Assembly (NCBI GenBank): GCA_001803465.1
Contig: MHDE01000002.1
Coordinates: forward strand, 1 to 47,304
Direction: 5' to 3'
DNA from: Microgenomates group bacterium RIFCSPHIGHO2_01_FULL_45_11
GTDB taxonomy: Bacteria; Patescibacteriota; Microgenomatia; UBA1400; 2-01-FULL-45-11
DNA length: 47,304 bases
Part shown: positions 10,741 through 20,668 of the stretch, one piece after another
Position numbering within the stretch: position 1 is the stretch's first letter
Layout of the letters: each line of letters opens with the position of its first letter
The notes under the pieces: generated by a model
Told to the model about the DNA's origin: nothing
Databases searched by the model: none
Seen by the model: only the letters and a program-made list of their open reading frames with translations
Made by a program: the position numbers and the translations under genes

Positions 10741-12153
10741 GTGAAACCAATCGAACTCGATAGCCAGTGGATTCAAGAAGTAATTGCCGGAAAGGGTTTT
10801 TTTGACTGGAACCTGGCCGCTTTCGAGAACAATATTAATATCCCATTCCCTCAATCACAACAATTAGAGGTTACTTTAAGAGATGAAAGTTTACGTGATG
10901 GTTTAGGTCCTTGTCCCAGAGAACCTAATTTTCAGGAGAAAAAAAACTATCTTAGTAAGGCTTCCTGGTATGCCCAGTTTCTTACTATAGGAATTTATTC
11001 GTCGCCAGATGGAAATAACTTATCGCGCAATGACCAAGAAACCCTAAATCTGGCTAAATGGATGGCGATAGAGATGCCAGAAACCAAACCAGTAGTTTTA
11101 GCTAGAGCCAACACCCACGACATTAATTTTCTGGAAAGAGTCCGTCAAAAAAATCCCAACCTAGTTGCCATCATCTTTCAGGATTTATCTGAAGTTCGCC
11201 GCCGCGTCGAGGCGTGGGGCAAGTTTGAAATAGTGTTGGGAAACCTTGTCAGCAATGTCCAAGAAGCCAAAGACCGCGGTATTTCAGTTATGGCCTTTAC
11301 CGAAAACTTATCCATCACCCATCCTGATCAGGTTAAAGAGTACGTCTTAGCTATGTGCGCCGTCGCCGACTATATTGGCATTGCCGATACTGCCGGCCGA
11401 CTTGTTCCTCAAGGAGCCTACTTCTTGACACAGACGGTTAAAGAGACAATCGAGGAGTACCGACGACAGGCAGGTGACACCCGTAAAATCGGCATTGTCT
11501 TCCACGGCCACGACGACTTGAAAAATGCCGTTCCCAATTCTATGGCTGCAATAGCGGCCGGCGCCACCGTCGTCGACGCGGTTACCAACGGCATCGGCGA
11601 AAGAGTAGGGAATACCGATTTAATTACTATGGTTGGCGACATTGAACATCACCGTCGGGTCATCGCCAAATCAGCCAAATTTTCGTACGAGCCACGCTTT
11701 AACCTCAAAGAGCTTGAAGAGTTATCCCAATTGTATGCTCGCATCACCGGCGTAGAGCCAGGCGAATTCCACCCCCTTGTCGGTGAGCGAGCCTTCACCA
11801 CTAATTTTGGTATACACGCCGCCTTTTACCTCAAAGTTGAAACCTGGGCTGCCCAAATGGCAGACGCGGGTTACGATCGGGAAACCGTTACAGCCTTTAA
11901 GCATGAAGTCTGGCGTTTATATTCTGCCTTATCGCCAGCCGACGTCGATAAACATCCTGACATTCGTGTTTCCTCTTTATCCGGTGCCGCCAACGTCATT
12001 CTCTGGGCGTTCTATCAGAATCTTATCGAAGACGCCCGCAATCTTGACAAAGACACTCCCTTCGTCCAAGCAGCCTTGAGTATGGCCAAAGCCGGTTGGG
12101 GTGAGCTATCCGATGAGACATTGATGGGCTTGTGGCGTCAGCATCGCCCCTAG
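10741..12153 (+). CDS. DRE-TIM metallolyase, isopropylmalate/homocitrate synthase-like, without regulatory domain
   Basis: DESLRDG, IADTAG, HGHDD, NGIGERVGN, GIHA. Confidence 0.85.
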   Translation: MKPIELDSQWIQEVIAGKGFFDWNLAAFENNINIPFPQSQQLEVTLRDESLRDGLGPCPREPNFQEKKNYLSKASWYAQFLTIGIYSSPDGNNLSRNDQETLNLAKWMAIEMPETKPVVLARANTHDINFLERVRQKNPNLVAIIFQDLSEVRRRVEAWGKFEIVLGNLVSNVQEAKDRGISVMAFTENLSITHPDQVKEYVLAMCAVADYIGIADTAGRLVPQGAYFLTQTVKETIEEYRRQAGDTRKIGIVFHGHDDLKNAVPNSMAAIAAGATVVDAVTNGIGERVGNTDLITMVGDIEHHRRVIAKSAKFSYEPRFNLKELEELSQLYARITGVEPGEFHPLVGERAFTTNFGIHAAFYLKVETWAAQMADAGYDRETVTAFKHEVWRLYSALSPADVDKHPDIRVSSLSGAANVILWAFYQNLIEDARNLDKDTPFVQAALSMAKAGWGELSDETLMGLWRQHRP

Positions 12154-12160
12154 TGTGATA

Positions 12161-12296
12161 TAATCGCCAGATTATCGGCAGTCTCGCCAAAGGCGGACAA
12201 CGTCTAATCGCCAGATTATCGGCAGTCTCGCCAAAGGCGGACAACGTCTAATCGCCAGATTATCGGCAGTTTTGCTTTTTGAGCAAAACAACGTAC
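12161..12296. repeat. 44-bp tandem repeat, two identical copies plus one variant
   Basis: taatcgccagattatcggcagtctcgccaaaggcggacaacgtc at 12161 and 12205; third copy at 12249 carries a different hairpin. Confidence 0.95.
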
Positions 12297-12309
12297 AATT
12301 CCTCCCACT

Positions 12310-14220
12310 ATGTTTCCCGAAGGCATCAAACCATTTCGTGTTGATATTCCCAACATTTCCACCGACCAGTTAACGCGTGTCACCGACGTTCTTCACACCG
12401 ATCCCGAGTCTATTCGTAGATCACTGCTTTTGGGTTTATCACCCGAAACCAATTCTCAAATTACGGCGGGGGATTGGAATATTCTTTTCGCCGGCTCCTC
12501 GTTTGGCATTGGCTCTTCCCGAGAAAATTCGGCCGAAGCCATTGCTCGTAATGGTTTTCGAGTAGCCGCTGCCGAGTCCTTTGGCCCCATTTTCAGAGCC
12601 AACCTCATCAATCAAGGCGTCATTCCCGTCACCAACGAGGCAGCGAGACTCAGGCTGGAGAATGGCGAGAACTTAGACTTTGACACCCTTACCTCCGAAC
12701 TTCCCGAAGGCGAAAAAACCATTCTTGTCTACGGCGGACTACCTGGTTATCTCACGGCTATCGCCCGAGGCATAGAAGAACTACCTCAAAAGTTCATTCC
12801 GGAAAGAAAGGCCTTTCCTCAAACCACAGTGGAAAAAATCATCTCCCGATTGGCTACGCAACTACTTCGTCAAACCTATCCTGATGAAGCTGACCGCTGT
12901 CTTCAGGCAGGTGACACCGTCATTCTTCGTCCCGACCTCTTTGTCGGCTACGACGTTTTTTGGGTTCATGTCCAACGCGTACTGGCTCAACACTTTGATT
13001 CGAAAACCAATGTTGATCCCCGAAAAATCTGGCTTTCCTGGGATCACTTTCGGGATTCAACTGACTCCCGGGCAGTCACCGCCGTAAAATTGGTGCAAGA
13101 TTTTTGGCAAGCCCATCCCGATACGTTCATCGGCAACGACGGTGTTTACAACCAAGTCATTCCTCGGCACTTGAAGCCCGGTTCAGTCATAGCCGCCATG
13201 GATTCTCATTCTGACGAATTTGGTAAAGTTCCTGGTGTTTTCAACATCCCCGAAGGCTACACGCCCTTTGCCTGTGCCTTGGCTACTGGCGGACTGACTC
13301 CTTATACTATTCCCGAATCAATACAACTTAATATTATTGGCAAATTGCCGTCCCACACTGATATTAAAGATGCTATTTTCAATATGATTATGCGCCATTT
13401 TTCTGAAAAAGCAGGTGACGGAGCCATGTTTGAAATCGGCGGCACCGGTTATCAAAAACTATCGTATGAAGAAGCGTCAAAAGTCTTCAACGCTGTCACC
13501 GAATTCGGCGGCATTGGCGCCATCGGTATCGACCCTAACCCCAACGTTATTGACTACCTTCGCCGTCACGGCACGGGTTTAAATGGTTGGACAGACGAAG
13601 ATCTAGAGCGTTTATTTTCTCGTCTTCTGCCGGAAACAGGCGCTTCCTATCGCCAGTCTCTCACTGTCAACCTAGCCGACACTATTCCTGTTATAGTTGG
13701 TCCTCATACTCACAAGCGGGTTATTCCCTTAGACCAGCTCTCAGAGGCAATTTTTTTCAACCGAATCATTATCAACTCTTGTGGCGGTTCCTCATTACTG
13801 GATTTGGCTATATTGGCTGAAGTTCTTAATGAGTCATCTCCCGTCATCCACATAGATATCCAGATTGCCGATCCCTTGACTAGAATTTATGCTGAGCGAT
13901 TGGGCATCATTACTGCATTAAGAGAAAAAGACGAATGGGTACGCCTTGCCGACAGCCATACCTGCGGCCCATGTTTAGGCAGCGGTGCCGCCGTTCAAGA
14001 AGGCGAGATAGTCTTATCTACCAACAATCGTAATTACCGTACCCGCATGGGTCATCCTAACTCCGAAGTTTATTTAGCTTCGTCAGTTGTCGCTGCCGTC
14101 ACTGCTACTCTCGGACGCGCCCCGACCGACCAAGAAATCCGTCAATATGAATCAGCCATTCTTAGAGCCAAAGCCGAAGTCAAAGCAGCTATGCAACAGG
14201 GATTAGTTCTGGCTGGTTGA
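12310..14220 (+). CDS. Aconitase-family dehydratase: LeuD-like small subunit fused N-terminally to LeuC-like large subunit
   Basis: FGIGSSRE and AESFGPIFRANLINQG (LeuD) followed by DSH, NSCG, CGPCLG, STNNRNY..RMG...VYLAS (LeuC; three Fe-S cysteines). Confidence 0.88.
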   Translation: MFPEGIKPFRVDIPNISTDQLTRVTDVLHTDPESIRRSLLLGLSPETNSQITAGDWNILFAGSSFGIGSSRENSAEAIARNGFRVAAAESFGPIFRANLINQGVIPVTNEAARLRLENGENLDFDTLTSELPEGEKTILVYGGLPGYLTAIARGIEELPQKFIPERKAFPQTTVEKIISRLATQLLRQTYPDEADRCLQAGDTVILRPDLFVGYDVFWVHVQRVLAQHFDSKTNVDPRKIWLSWDHFRDSTDSRAVTAVKLVQDFWQAHPDTFIGNDGVYNQVIPRHLKPGSVIAAMDSHSDEFGKVPGVFNIPEGYTPFACALATGGLTPYTIPESIQLNIIGKLPSHTDIKDAIFNMIMRHFSEKAGDGAMFEIGGTGYQKLSYEEASKVFNAVTEFGGIGAIGIDPNPNVIDYLRRHGTGLNGWTDEDLERLFSRLLPETGASYRQSLTVNLADTIPVIVGPHTHKRVIPLDQLSEAIFFNRIIINSCGGSSLLDLAILAEVLNESSPVIHIDIQIADPLTRIYAERLGIITALREKDEWVRLADSHTCGPCLGSGAAVQEGEIVLSTNNRNYRTRMGHPNSEVYLASSVVAAVTATLGRAPTDQEIRQYESAILRAKAEVKAAMQQGLVLAG

Positions 14221-15085
14221 TAAACTCAAGCACCGCAGTTGCCAATTCTGGCCCTTCGATCCCTAAATTAATTAGTCTCGAAAAATCAGCCTGGTTATAG
14301 AAAGCTTCCTTTGTCTCCTTGCTGTCTAACGATACTTCTAAAATGCCTTCAATCACCTTCCTGGGCACGTGCCCGTCACGGATAACTCTGGCATTGACGC
14401 TATCAATGATAGTCAGCGAACCGCCTACATCATTTCGGACTGGATGAGGATGAAACAACAATAACAGTACTTGTTCTCCAAATGGCCGTAGGTGGTCAAC
14501 GGCGTATCTGATCCGCTGATATTCCTTTCCGCCATGAGGTCCCAGTGCCGTCACCGCCATAAAGCCAACCCCCGCCTCGTTCACAGAACTAATCAACCCA
14601 CTCATTTCCGGGTTACCGGTTGGGTCAATGTTATAGATGACGTCGTAGTCACCACCGCTACTTCGAATAGACGCCGGAATAGCTTTATTGGCCTCGGGTA
14701 GCAGGGGATAGGCCACATGCACCAAACTGCCGATTCGTCTCTGCCATTTAGAAGGTTGAGTCACCTGCTTACGAAGTTCGGGATGAACCAAGTCGAGGTC
14801 TATAAACGGCGATAAGTCCTCATGAAACATCATCGAGCTAAAAGGCCTATTTGTATCCGGATCACCTTTAATAGCCAGCGCTGAAGCTATCGCTTCCTGA
14901 CTGTCTGCCCGCATAAATAAGCCAATCACGCTCCGTCGCCACTGGGCAGCGACTATGCCGCCATCAGCAATTATTTGGGTCGCTTCCCTAACGTCTTCAG
15001 GGTTAGCCAGCGATCCCAGTCGAAATTGCTCGACTTGAATCGGTTGTTCCACTAACTGCAATGTCTCTAGTGCCAAAGTTGCCAT
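14189..15085 (-). CDS. Divergent YrdC/Sua5 (TsaC)-like protein
   Basis: N-terminal EATQIIADGGIVA...GL..RADS.EAI......KG...RPF and C-terminal SLTIID...VIRDG pattern; PT(E/D)T and KxR motifs are altered. Confidence 0.55.
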   Translation of the reverse strand: MATLALETLQLVEQPIQVEQFRLGSLANPEDVREATQIIADGGIVAAQWRRSVIGLFMRADSQEAIASALAIKGDPDTNRPFSSMMFHEDLSPFIDLDLVHPELRKQVTQPSKWQRRIGSLVHVAYPLLPEANKAIPASIRSSGGDYDVIYNIDPTGNPEMSGLISSVNEAGVGFMAVTALGPHGGKEYQRIRYAVDHLRPFGEQVLLLLFHPHPVRNDVGGSLTIIDSVNARVIRDGHVPRKVIEGILEVSLDSKETKEAFYNQADFSRLINLGIEGPELATAVLEFINQPELIPVA

Positions 15086-15170
15086 AAGCTTGCTTGTATT
15101 CTACCAGAAAGAAGTGCTAATAATTATAGCAGTACCTACTATTGCAGCTCACCAAGAGGAGGTGAATACC

Positions 15171-15479
15171 ATGATTACTGCATTCTTAGCTGGTTTCTTT
15201 GTCTTTAATGCCATTCCTCATCTGGTGCAGGGGATTTCTGGCAAAACCCACATGACGCCGTTTAAGCGGGTGTCCTCACCAAGCCTCAACGTTGTCTGGG
15301 CCTTTGTCAATTTGTTCTTTGGCGTTTTGCTCTTGGGCTTTGACCCGATTACAGGAGAAGTCAACCATCCGGCCGGCGCCAATTTCTGGGCCTTTTTTAT
15401 CGGCGGCTTAATCGTTTCGCTCGTCGCCGCCCAACTTTTTGGCAAGCCCAACGCCCGCCTCCCCTGGCACAAAGACTAA
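15171..15479 (+). CDS. Small membrane protein (3 TM)
   Basis: GGAGG RBS upstream; hydrophobic; NAIPHLVQG..G....TPF motif. Confidence 0.8.
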   Translation: MITAFLAGFFVFNAIPHLVQGISGKTHMTPFKRVSSPSLNVVWAFVNLFFGVLLLGFDPITGEVNHPAGANFWAFFIGGLIVSLVAAQLFGKPNARLPWHKD

Positions 15480-15512
15480 TCGCCAAAGCGATAAAAATTC
15501 TGTAGGGAACAA

Positions 15513-15749
15513 TTAGCGTTGCTGTTCGTGTCGATATTCGGCCAAAGCGCCATAAACGGGCAGTGACAGGCCTGCTATTAATCCGGGAATGGCCAAGACT
15601 GCTATCGTCGACTGGGGAATTTCTATTAACTCAGCACCCTTTACTAACAAGACAGCTGTCAATTCTATGCCAAATGCAGCAAACATTCTCGCCCGCGCCT
15701 CATCCGCGGTTGTCCCAGCAATTGTCTCCTTCAATTGAGTCAGATTCAT
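15513..15749 (-). CDS. Small 2-TM hypothetical protein
   Basis: 78 aa ORF; CATAAT 7 nt before ATG. Confidence 0.6.
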   Translation of the reverse strand: MNLTQLKETIAGTTADEARARMFAAFGIELTAVLLVKGAELIEIPQSTIAVLAIPGLIAGLSLPVYGALAEYRHEQQR

Positions 15750-15893
15750 AGGCGTGATTATGGCACACTACGTCAAGAATCGCTTTCAGAGTATCATCAT
15801 ACCTTGACACCGAATTTACTTGACAAGTACGCAAAAAAGAGATAAATCTAGCAAAGAAGTTATAATACAACATCTCGCTGCTAAAAACTCAGA

Positions 15894-16880
15894 ATGCTAA
15901 AAGAAGTAGTCAGAGCTACCATCCATTCCCAGCAAGTGTCTTGTGATGACCAGCCCTTGGAAGCTTATGAGGTGCTGGAATTTCACGGGTTGAAAACATT
16001 CACTCTGGAAGGAAGTCAGGCTAGACTGTTGCTTGAAGCCGCGCATAGTGGTAACGGAGTGAACGCTATCGGTTGGGACGTTCCCAGCCCTAGCTTTAGA
16101 CCTGAAGGATTTTCTGTGGATACAAGATGGGAATTTGGGTTTGGAAATAATCCCAGACGACCTTCATCAGTGGCATTTGGCATTCCGCCGGCTCTGACCG
16201 CAGAATACCTGGGTCACCCAGAAAGGGATTTCTGGCTTCCGCTCATTAGTCAGCAAGACCTGCAACCCCATCCGGAGGCGGTAGGGCTTGTTCCTGGAGG
16301 CAATGAGAAATGGCGGCGGCATTACGTTGCCATCAGCCCGGTAATCAGGACCAATTTTTACGGCATCAACATTCCTACGGAAGACCGAACCCATTCCCAA
16401 AATGGTTTTACCGGTAGGGGCATGTACATTTTAGAATTTGGCCATTGGTCTGAAGAATCAGATCATTGCGAGTTTAAGTTAGGGATGGCGCTCATCGCCG
16501 ACGTTGATCAGAAAGTACGCATTTACGGAAGCGATTGGCAGGCTCCTCGCTTATCCCTGGGTAATGAAACGACCCAAGCGATAATGCACAGACTGGCTAC
16601 AGCAAACCTATTCTTTAACAATTTAAAAGAAGGGAAGTCATACTCGTGGTTAAAAACCGGCTTTCCGCTCCACATTGTCGACGCAGTCAGATCATTTGTT
16701 ACTGGTCCTTACTATCACCGTGATCAGCAAGATTTCAAGATGAATTGGGGGGCAACCATAAAAGACAGATATGGAATTAATCTAATAGAACTTCTCCAGG
16801 CAATACCGCCAGCTGAGCAAAGAATCGAATACCAACGTTTGCAAGAAGCAGCGCGATTAGTTCTCTACAATAATCACTAA
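15894..16880 (+). CDS. Hypothetical protein
   Basis: 328 aa ORF with no recognised motif; TATAAT upstream. Confidence 0.75.
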   Translation: MLKEVVRATIHSQQVSCDDQPLEAYEVLEFHGLKTFTLEGSQARLLLEAAHSGNGVNAIGWDVPSPSFRPEGFSVDTRWEFGFGNNPRRPSSVAFGIPPALTAEYLGHPERDFWLPLISQQDLQPHPEAVGLVPGGNEKWRRHYVAISPVIRTNFYGINIPTEDRTHSQNGFTGRGMYILEFGHWSEESDHCEFKLGMALIADVDQKVRIYGSDWQAPRLSLGNETTQAIMHRLATANLFFNNLKEGKSYSWLKTGFPLHIVDAVRSFVTGPYYHRDQQDFKMNWGATIKDRYGINLIELLQAIPPAEQRIEYQRLQEAARLVLYNNH

Positions 16881-16938
16881 ATTTCACCACCGAAGATTGA
16901 CAAATATTCACTCGCTGTAAATGCAAACAAACCAGTAA

Positions 16939-17184
16939 TTAGAAACTAAAGAATATTCCTTCAAGCACATTTTTGTCTATCTCAGGTCTTTGTGCTCGTA
17001 TCTCTTCCAAAGTTAGATAACCAGTTGCCGCAAGCGCTCCTTCTACTATTTCTGCCCTTAAATAACCGGCATAGGAAGGAGCAGTAAGAAAGGTCGCCCA
17101 AGTATCTTTTGCTACATGGAGCAGCTGTTGTCGCACCTCGGCGATGAAGACAGACTCTCCAGAATTTACCATTTCGTCAGTCAT
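16939..17184 (-). CDS. Hypothetical protein
   Basis: GGAGGA RBS before ATG at 17184. Confidence 0.6.
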   Translation of the reverse strand: MTDEMVNSGESVFIAEVRQQLLHVAKDTWATFLTAPSYAGYLRAEIVEGALAATGYLTLEEIRAQRPEIDKNVLEGIFFSF

Positions 17185-17442
17185 TTCCTCCTCCAAATTT
17201 TAAAGTATCAAGAGAGGATTATACACCCTAGTCAAATTCTACGATAAAAAAGTGAAGAAAATATCCAACCGCTATTTTAATATAATATTATATAATATCT
17301 ATCTCTGGCTTTTAGCCAGAGCGATGTTACAAACTTTGCTTATTTCAAGATATCAATAGCTTTTTTCCTTAGCGAAACAAGCTAAGCTTATAATATTAAA
17401 GTATTACTGTTTACAAACTCTTTCCTGATATATAATAACGTC

Positions 17443-18354
17443 ATGAAAATGGTCGGCGGGCTGATAATTCTAGTCGTGACTTTCTGGTTGGCGAGCATAC
17501 CAGTATTCGCCCAGCGCCAGCCAACTCCGACTCCGTCCCCAGCACCCACTACTGAAACAGCTACTCATTCCGCCACCGCCACTCCCTCTGCCGTTGTCGA
17601 AAAAGTCATCGTCGTTGAAAAGCCAGACATCACCGAACCAACCGTCGAAACCAAAGGTCGTCTCGAGCGCTATTTAGACGAGCAGCGGCTCGGACCCTTA
17701 AACTATACCAACTTTCTTCGCTACTCCATCCGCCAAGCTGTTAGTCGTGGCGTGCCCGCCAACACAATCGTTCTTATCCTGCTTTTTCCGGTCGTGGCCG
17801 CCATCATTGCTGCCAGCCGCCACCTCTTGGGCATCCGCGGTTTTGGTATTTTTACCCCCGCCGTTTTGTCAGTCGCTTTTGTTGCCACCGGCCTCGTCAG
17901 CGGCATTCTTTTATTCCTAGTCATCCTCCTAGTGGCCGACCTCGGTCAGCGCCTTTTGAAACGCTTAAAGCTCCAATACCTGCCGCGTATGGCCTTGCTC
18001 CTTTGGTTTGTGTCACTCGGGGTCTTTGCCGTTATCTTTTTAACCTCTCTGGTTAATTTCGGCACGATTACCAACTTAAATATTTTCCCCATCTTAATTA
18101 TGGTTCTTATTGCCGAAACCGTCATTGAAGTCCGCATCGGCAAAAGTCCCAAGGAAGCTGCAGATCTAACCATTGAAACCATCATTCTGGCAGTCGTTAG
18201 CGGCCTCATTTTAAGCCTCGACCTTGTTCAGAAGAGCGCCCTTTTAAACCCCGAAATCCTGGTTCTGTCCGTGGCTATTTTTGATATTTTTGTCGGCAAG
18301 TTCGTCGGCCTCCGCCTGTTGGAGTACCTTAAGTACAGGAAGCTACTCAAATAG
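17443..18354 (+). CDS. 7TM protein of the type usually fused to inactive transglutaminases
   Basis: LILLFPVVA...RHLLGIRGFGIFTPAVLSVAF, L.YLPRMA, IFPILIM..IAE; signal peptide and Pro/Thr linker. Confidence 0.8.
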   Translation: MKMVGGLIILVVTFWLASIPVFAQRQPTPTPSPAPTTETATHSATATPSAVVEKVIVVEKPDITEPTVETKGRLERYLDEQRLGPLNYTNFLRYSIRQAVSRGVPANTIVLILLFPVVAAIIAASRHLLGIRGFGIFTPAVLSVAFVATGLVSGILLFLVILLVADLGQRLLKRLKLQYLPRMALLLWFVSLGVFAVIFLTSLVNFGTITNLNIFPILIMVLIAETVIEVRIGKSPKEAADLTIETIILAVVSGLILSLDLVQKSALLNPEILVLSVAIFDIFVGKFVGLRLLEYLKYRKLLK

Positions 18355-18475
18355 AAGTATGAATCAAGTATCAAAGAACCTAGTCAAACTTTCCCCATAA
18401 TTCGTAAGTCATGATTCTTATTTCGAATCATTCAATCAAAAGAAATCTTCAAGTTTAGATAATCTGCAAAAGAAT

Positions 18476-19786
18476 ATGAGCATCAAATTGAAGGATATCC
18501 TCGGCCTCAATGCTCGTAACCACGAGTATTTATCTCGCTATAATTCGGCAGGAGCAAAGCGCATCGCCGACAGCAAACTCTTAACCAAATCTACTCTTCA
18601 AAAACACGAACTGCCCGTACCCAAACTCTACCGGGTTTTCCGGAAAGAATCGGACTTGGATAAATTCGACTTTACCAGGCTTCCTGAAAGTTTTGTGGTC
18701 AAACCCAACAAAGGCTTAGGCGGCGAAGGCATTATCGTCGTGGAAAAACCGGGTACCTTCGCCGGCGAGTGGATTACTGCCCAAGGCGACACCATCAAAA
18801 TCAACGACTTAAAGCTTCACATTCTCGACATTCTCGCCGGCCGTTTTAGCATGGATAATCTCCGTGACTTTGCTTTTATCGAAGAACGCATCCGCATCCA
18901 CCCAGCCTTTGCCAAATATGCCTATCACGGCACCCCCGATATCGGCATTCTGGTTTTCAATAAGGTCCCAGTCATGGCTTTTTTACGCCTGCCTACCAAA
19001 GAATCGGGTGGCCGGGCCAACATGTTTCAGGGCGCCATTGCTTGCGGTATCGATGTGGCTGCTGGCGCCACTACCTATGCGGCTTACTATTACAGCTACG
19101 TCACCTATTATCCTGGCACCAGAAGAAGGCTGCGCGGCCTTACTATTCCCGAATGGGACCTGGTCTTAGACATCGCCATCCGGGCTGCCGCAGCCGTCGG
19201 TTTAGGCTACATGCGCGCCGATATCGTTTTACAACCCTCCCTTAAACACCCGGGTAAGACCTTGCCTAAAGTCTTGGAAGTCAACGCCCAACCGGGTTTA
19301 AAAATTCAACTGGCTAACCGCGCCGGTCTTAAGCGTCGCTTAGAGCGCGTCGAAGGCCTGGAAATCGACACCCAGGAAAAGGGTATTAAAGTCGCCAAAG
19401 CCCTGTTTGCCGATCGCTCTTTAGCTCATCTGGGTAAAACCCTCAAACCAGTCACGGTTTTTGAAACTGTCGAAGTCGTCAACCAGCTGGGGGAGAAAGT
19501 AGCGATAAAAGCCAAAGTTGATACCGGCGCCTATCGCACCAGTATCGACAAAAATTTGGCAGAAAAACTCGGACTGCTTCGTACCGACAACATTCTTCTT
19601 CATAAACAATTTGAGAGCGCCCTAGGCGCTCATACCCGCGACGTCATTGCCATTAGCTATTACCTTAACGGTAGAAAAATCGATACCACAGCCAGTGTTA
19701 TCGATCGCTCCAATTTAAAGCGCCCCATGCTAGTCGGCCGCCAGGATTTAAAGGGTTTTGTGATAGAATTCTCCCAAAAAATATGA
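18476..19786 (+). CDS. Alpha-L-glutamate ligase-like ATP-grasp fused to a C-terminal RimB/retropepsin-like protease domain
   Basis: ILGLNARN..Y..RYN, VVKPNKGLGGEGI, RLPT.ES.GRAN..QGA, LEVNAQPGL.IQLAN; C-terminal AKVDTGAYRTSID...MLVGRQDL. Confidence 0.85.
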   Translation: MSIKLKDILGLNARNHEYLSRYNSAGAKRIADSKLLTKSTLQKHELPVPKLYRVFRKESDLDKFDFTRLPESFVVKPNKGLGGEGIIVVEKPGTFAGEWITAQGDTIKINDLKLHILDILAGRFSMDNLRDFAFIEERIRIHPAFAKYAYHGTPDIGILVFNKVPVMAFLRLPTKESGGRANMFQGAIACGIDVAAGATTYAAYYYSYVTYYPGTRRRLRGLTIPEWDLVLDIAIRAAAAVGLGYMRADIVLQPSLKHPGKTLPKVLEVNAQPGLKIQLANRAGLKRRLERVEGLEIDTQEKGIKVAKALFADRSLAHLGKTLKPVTVFETVEVVNQLGEKVAIKAKVDTGAYRTSIDKNLAEKLGLLRTDNILLHKQFESALGAHTRDVIAISYYLNGRKIDTTASVIDRSNLKRPMLVGRQDLKGFVIEFSQKI

Positions 19787-20664
19787 AAAAAGGCCTAATA
19801 ATTACTGTCAACGAGTCGCAAGTATTTTATGAGCCAGAGAGAATTCGAGAAGAGGCAAAAAAAAAGGGGATAGACGTTGATTGGTGGTTTTACGAAGACT
19901 TCGAACTTGAAATAAATCAGCAAGGAGTCCTCTGGAAAAACAGAAGCAGGCGGTGTGATTTTTCCCAATACCGCTGGGCGATAGTCCGATCATCAGTAAA
20001 AGACAACGGGGTCAATCACGCCGATCTAAAAGTATCGTTAATCCGTTCTTTGATGGCTACGAGAGTTCGAGTCCCCAACGGCAAGGCTTTTTTAGAATAC
20101 TTACGTTTCTCCAAGCTCGTACAGCATATTCGGCTAGCACAAGCAAAAGTGCCAGTCGTTCCCAGCCAATTTATGTGTATCTTCAACCCAAAAAGCCTAA
20201 AAATTCCTTATCCAGTGATTGTAAAAAACACCTATGGAAGTCAGGGAAAATATGTATCCAAAGCCGCTTCGCCAACAGTATTAAGGCAACACGTCGAGCA
20301 ATACAACCCGTCACAATCACTGTTACAGCAATTTTTACCAACAGGAGAAGATTATCGAATAATAGTAATTCAAGGTAAAGCAGTTGGAGCTATGAAGCGG
20401 ATCGCTCCGCACGGCCAGTTCATCTCCAACATTTCAGCAGGCGGTTTTGCCCAACCCGTACCGCTCTCATCAGAGCTTAAAAAACTTTCTGAAAAAGCTG
20501 CCAAATTGTTTCATCTTGATTTTTGTGGCGTCGACATCATGTGCGACCCAGAGGGTATCCCGTACGTCCTGGAAGTCAACAGACACCCCCAATTTCAGGG
20601 GTTCGAAAAAGCAACAGGAATCAATGTAGCCGAAAAACTGGTAACAAGCGTCAGCGGAGCATAA
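19783..20664 (+). CDS. RimK/LysX-family ATP-grasp ligase
   Basis: YPVIVK..YGSQG, LLQQFL, DYRIIV, F.SNISAGG, GVDIM, VLEVNRHP.FQGFE. Confidence 0.88.
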   Translation: MKKGLIITVNESQVFYEPERIREEAKKKGIDVDWWFYEDFELEINQQGVLWKNRSRRCDFSQYRWAIVRSSVKDNGVNHADLKVSLIRSLMATRVRVPNGKAFLEYLRFSKLVQHIRLAQAKVPVVPSQFMCIFNPKSLKIPYPVIVKNTYGSQGKYVSKAASPTVLRQHVEQYNPSQSLLQQFLPTGEDYRIIVIQGKAVGAMKRIAPHGQFISNISAGGFAQPVPLSSELKKLSEKAAKLFHLDFCGVDIMCDPEGIPYVLEVNRHPQFQGFEKATGINVAEKLVTSVSGA

Positions 20665-20668
20665 TACA

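Noticed and set aside
12161..12296. CRISPR array
   Set aside because: The first two spacer-like parts are identical, short and palindromic; only three units; no cas genes in the window
10741..14220. Canonical leuA/leuCD leucine operon
   Set aside because: No leuB, divergent motifs and unusual fusion order; gene symbols withheld
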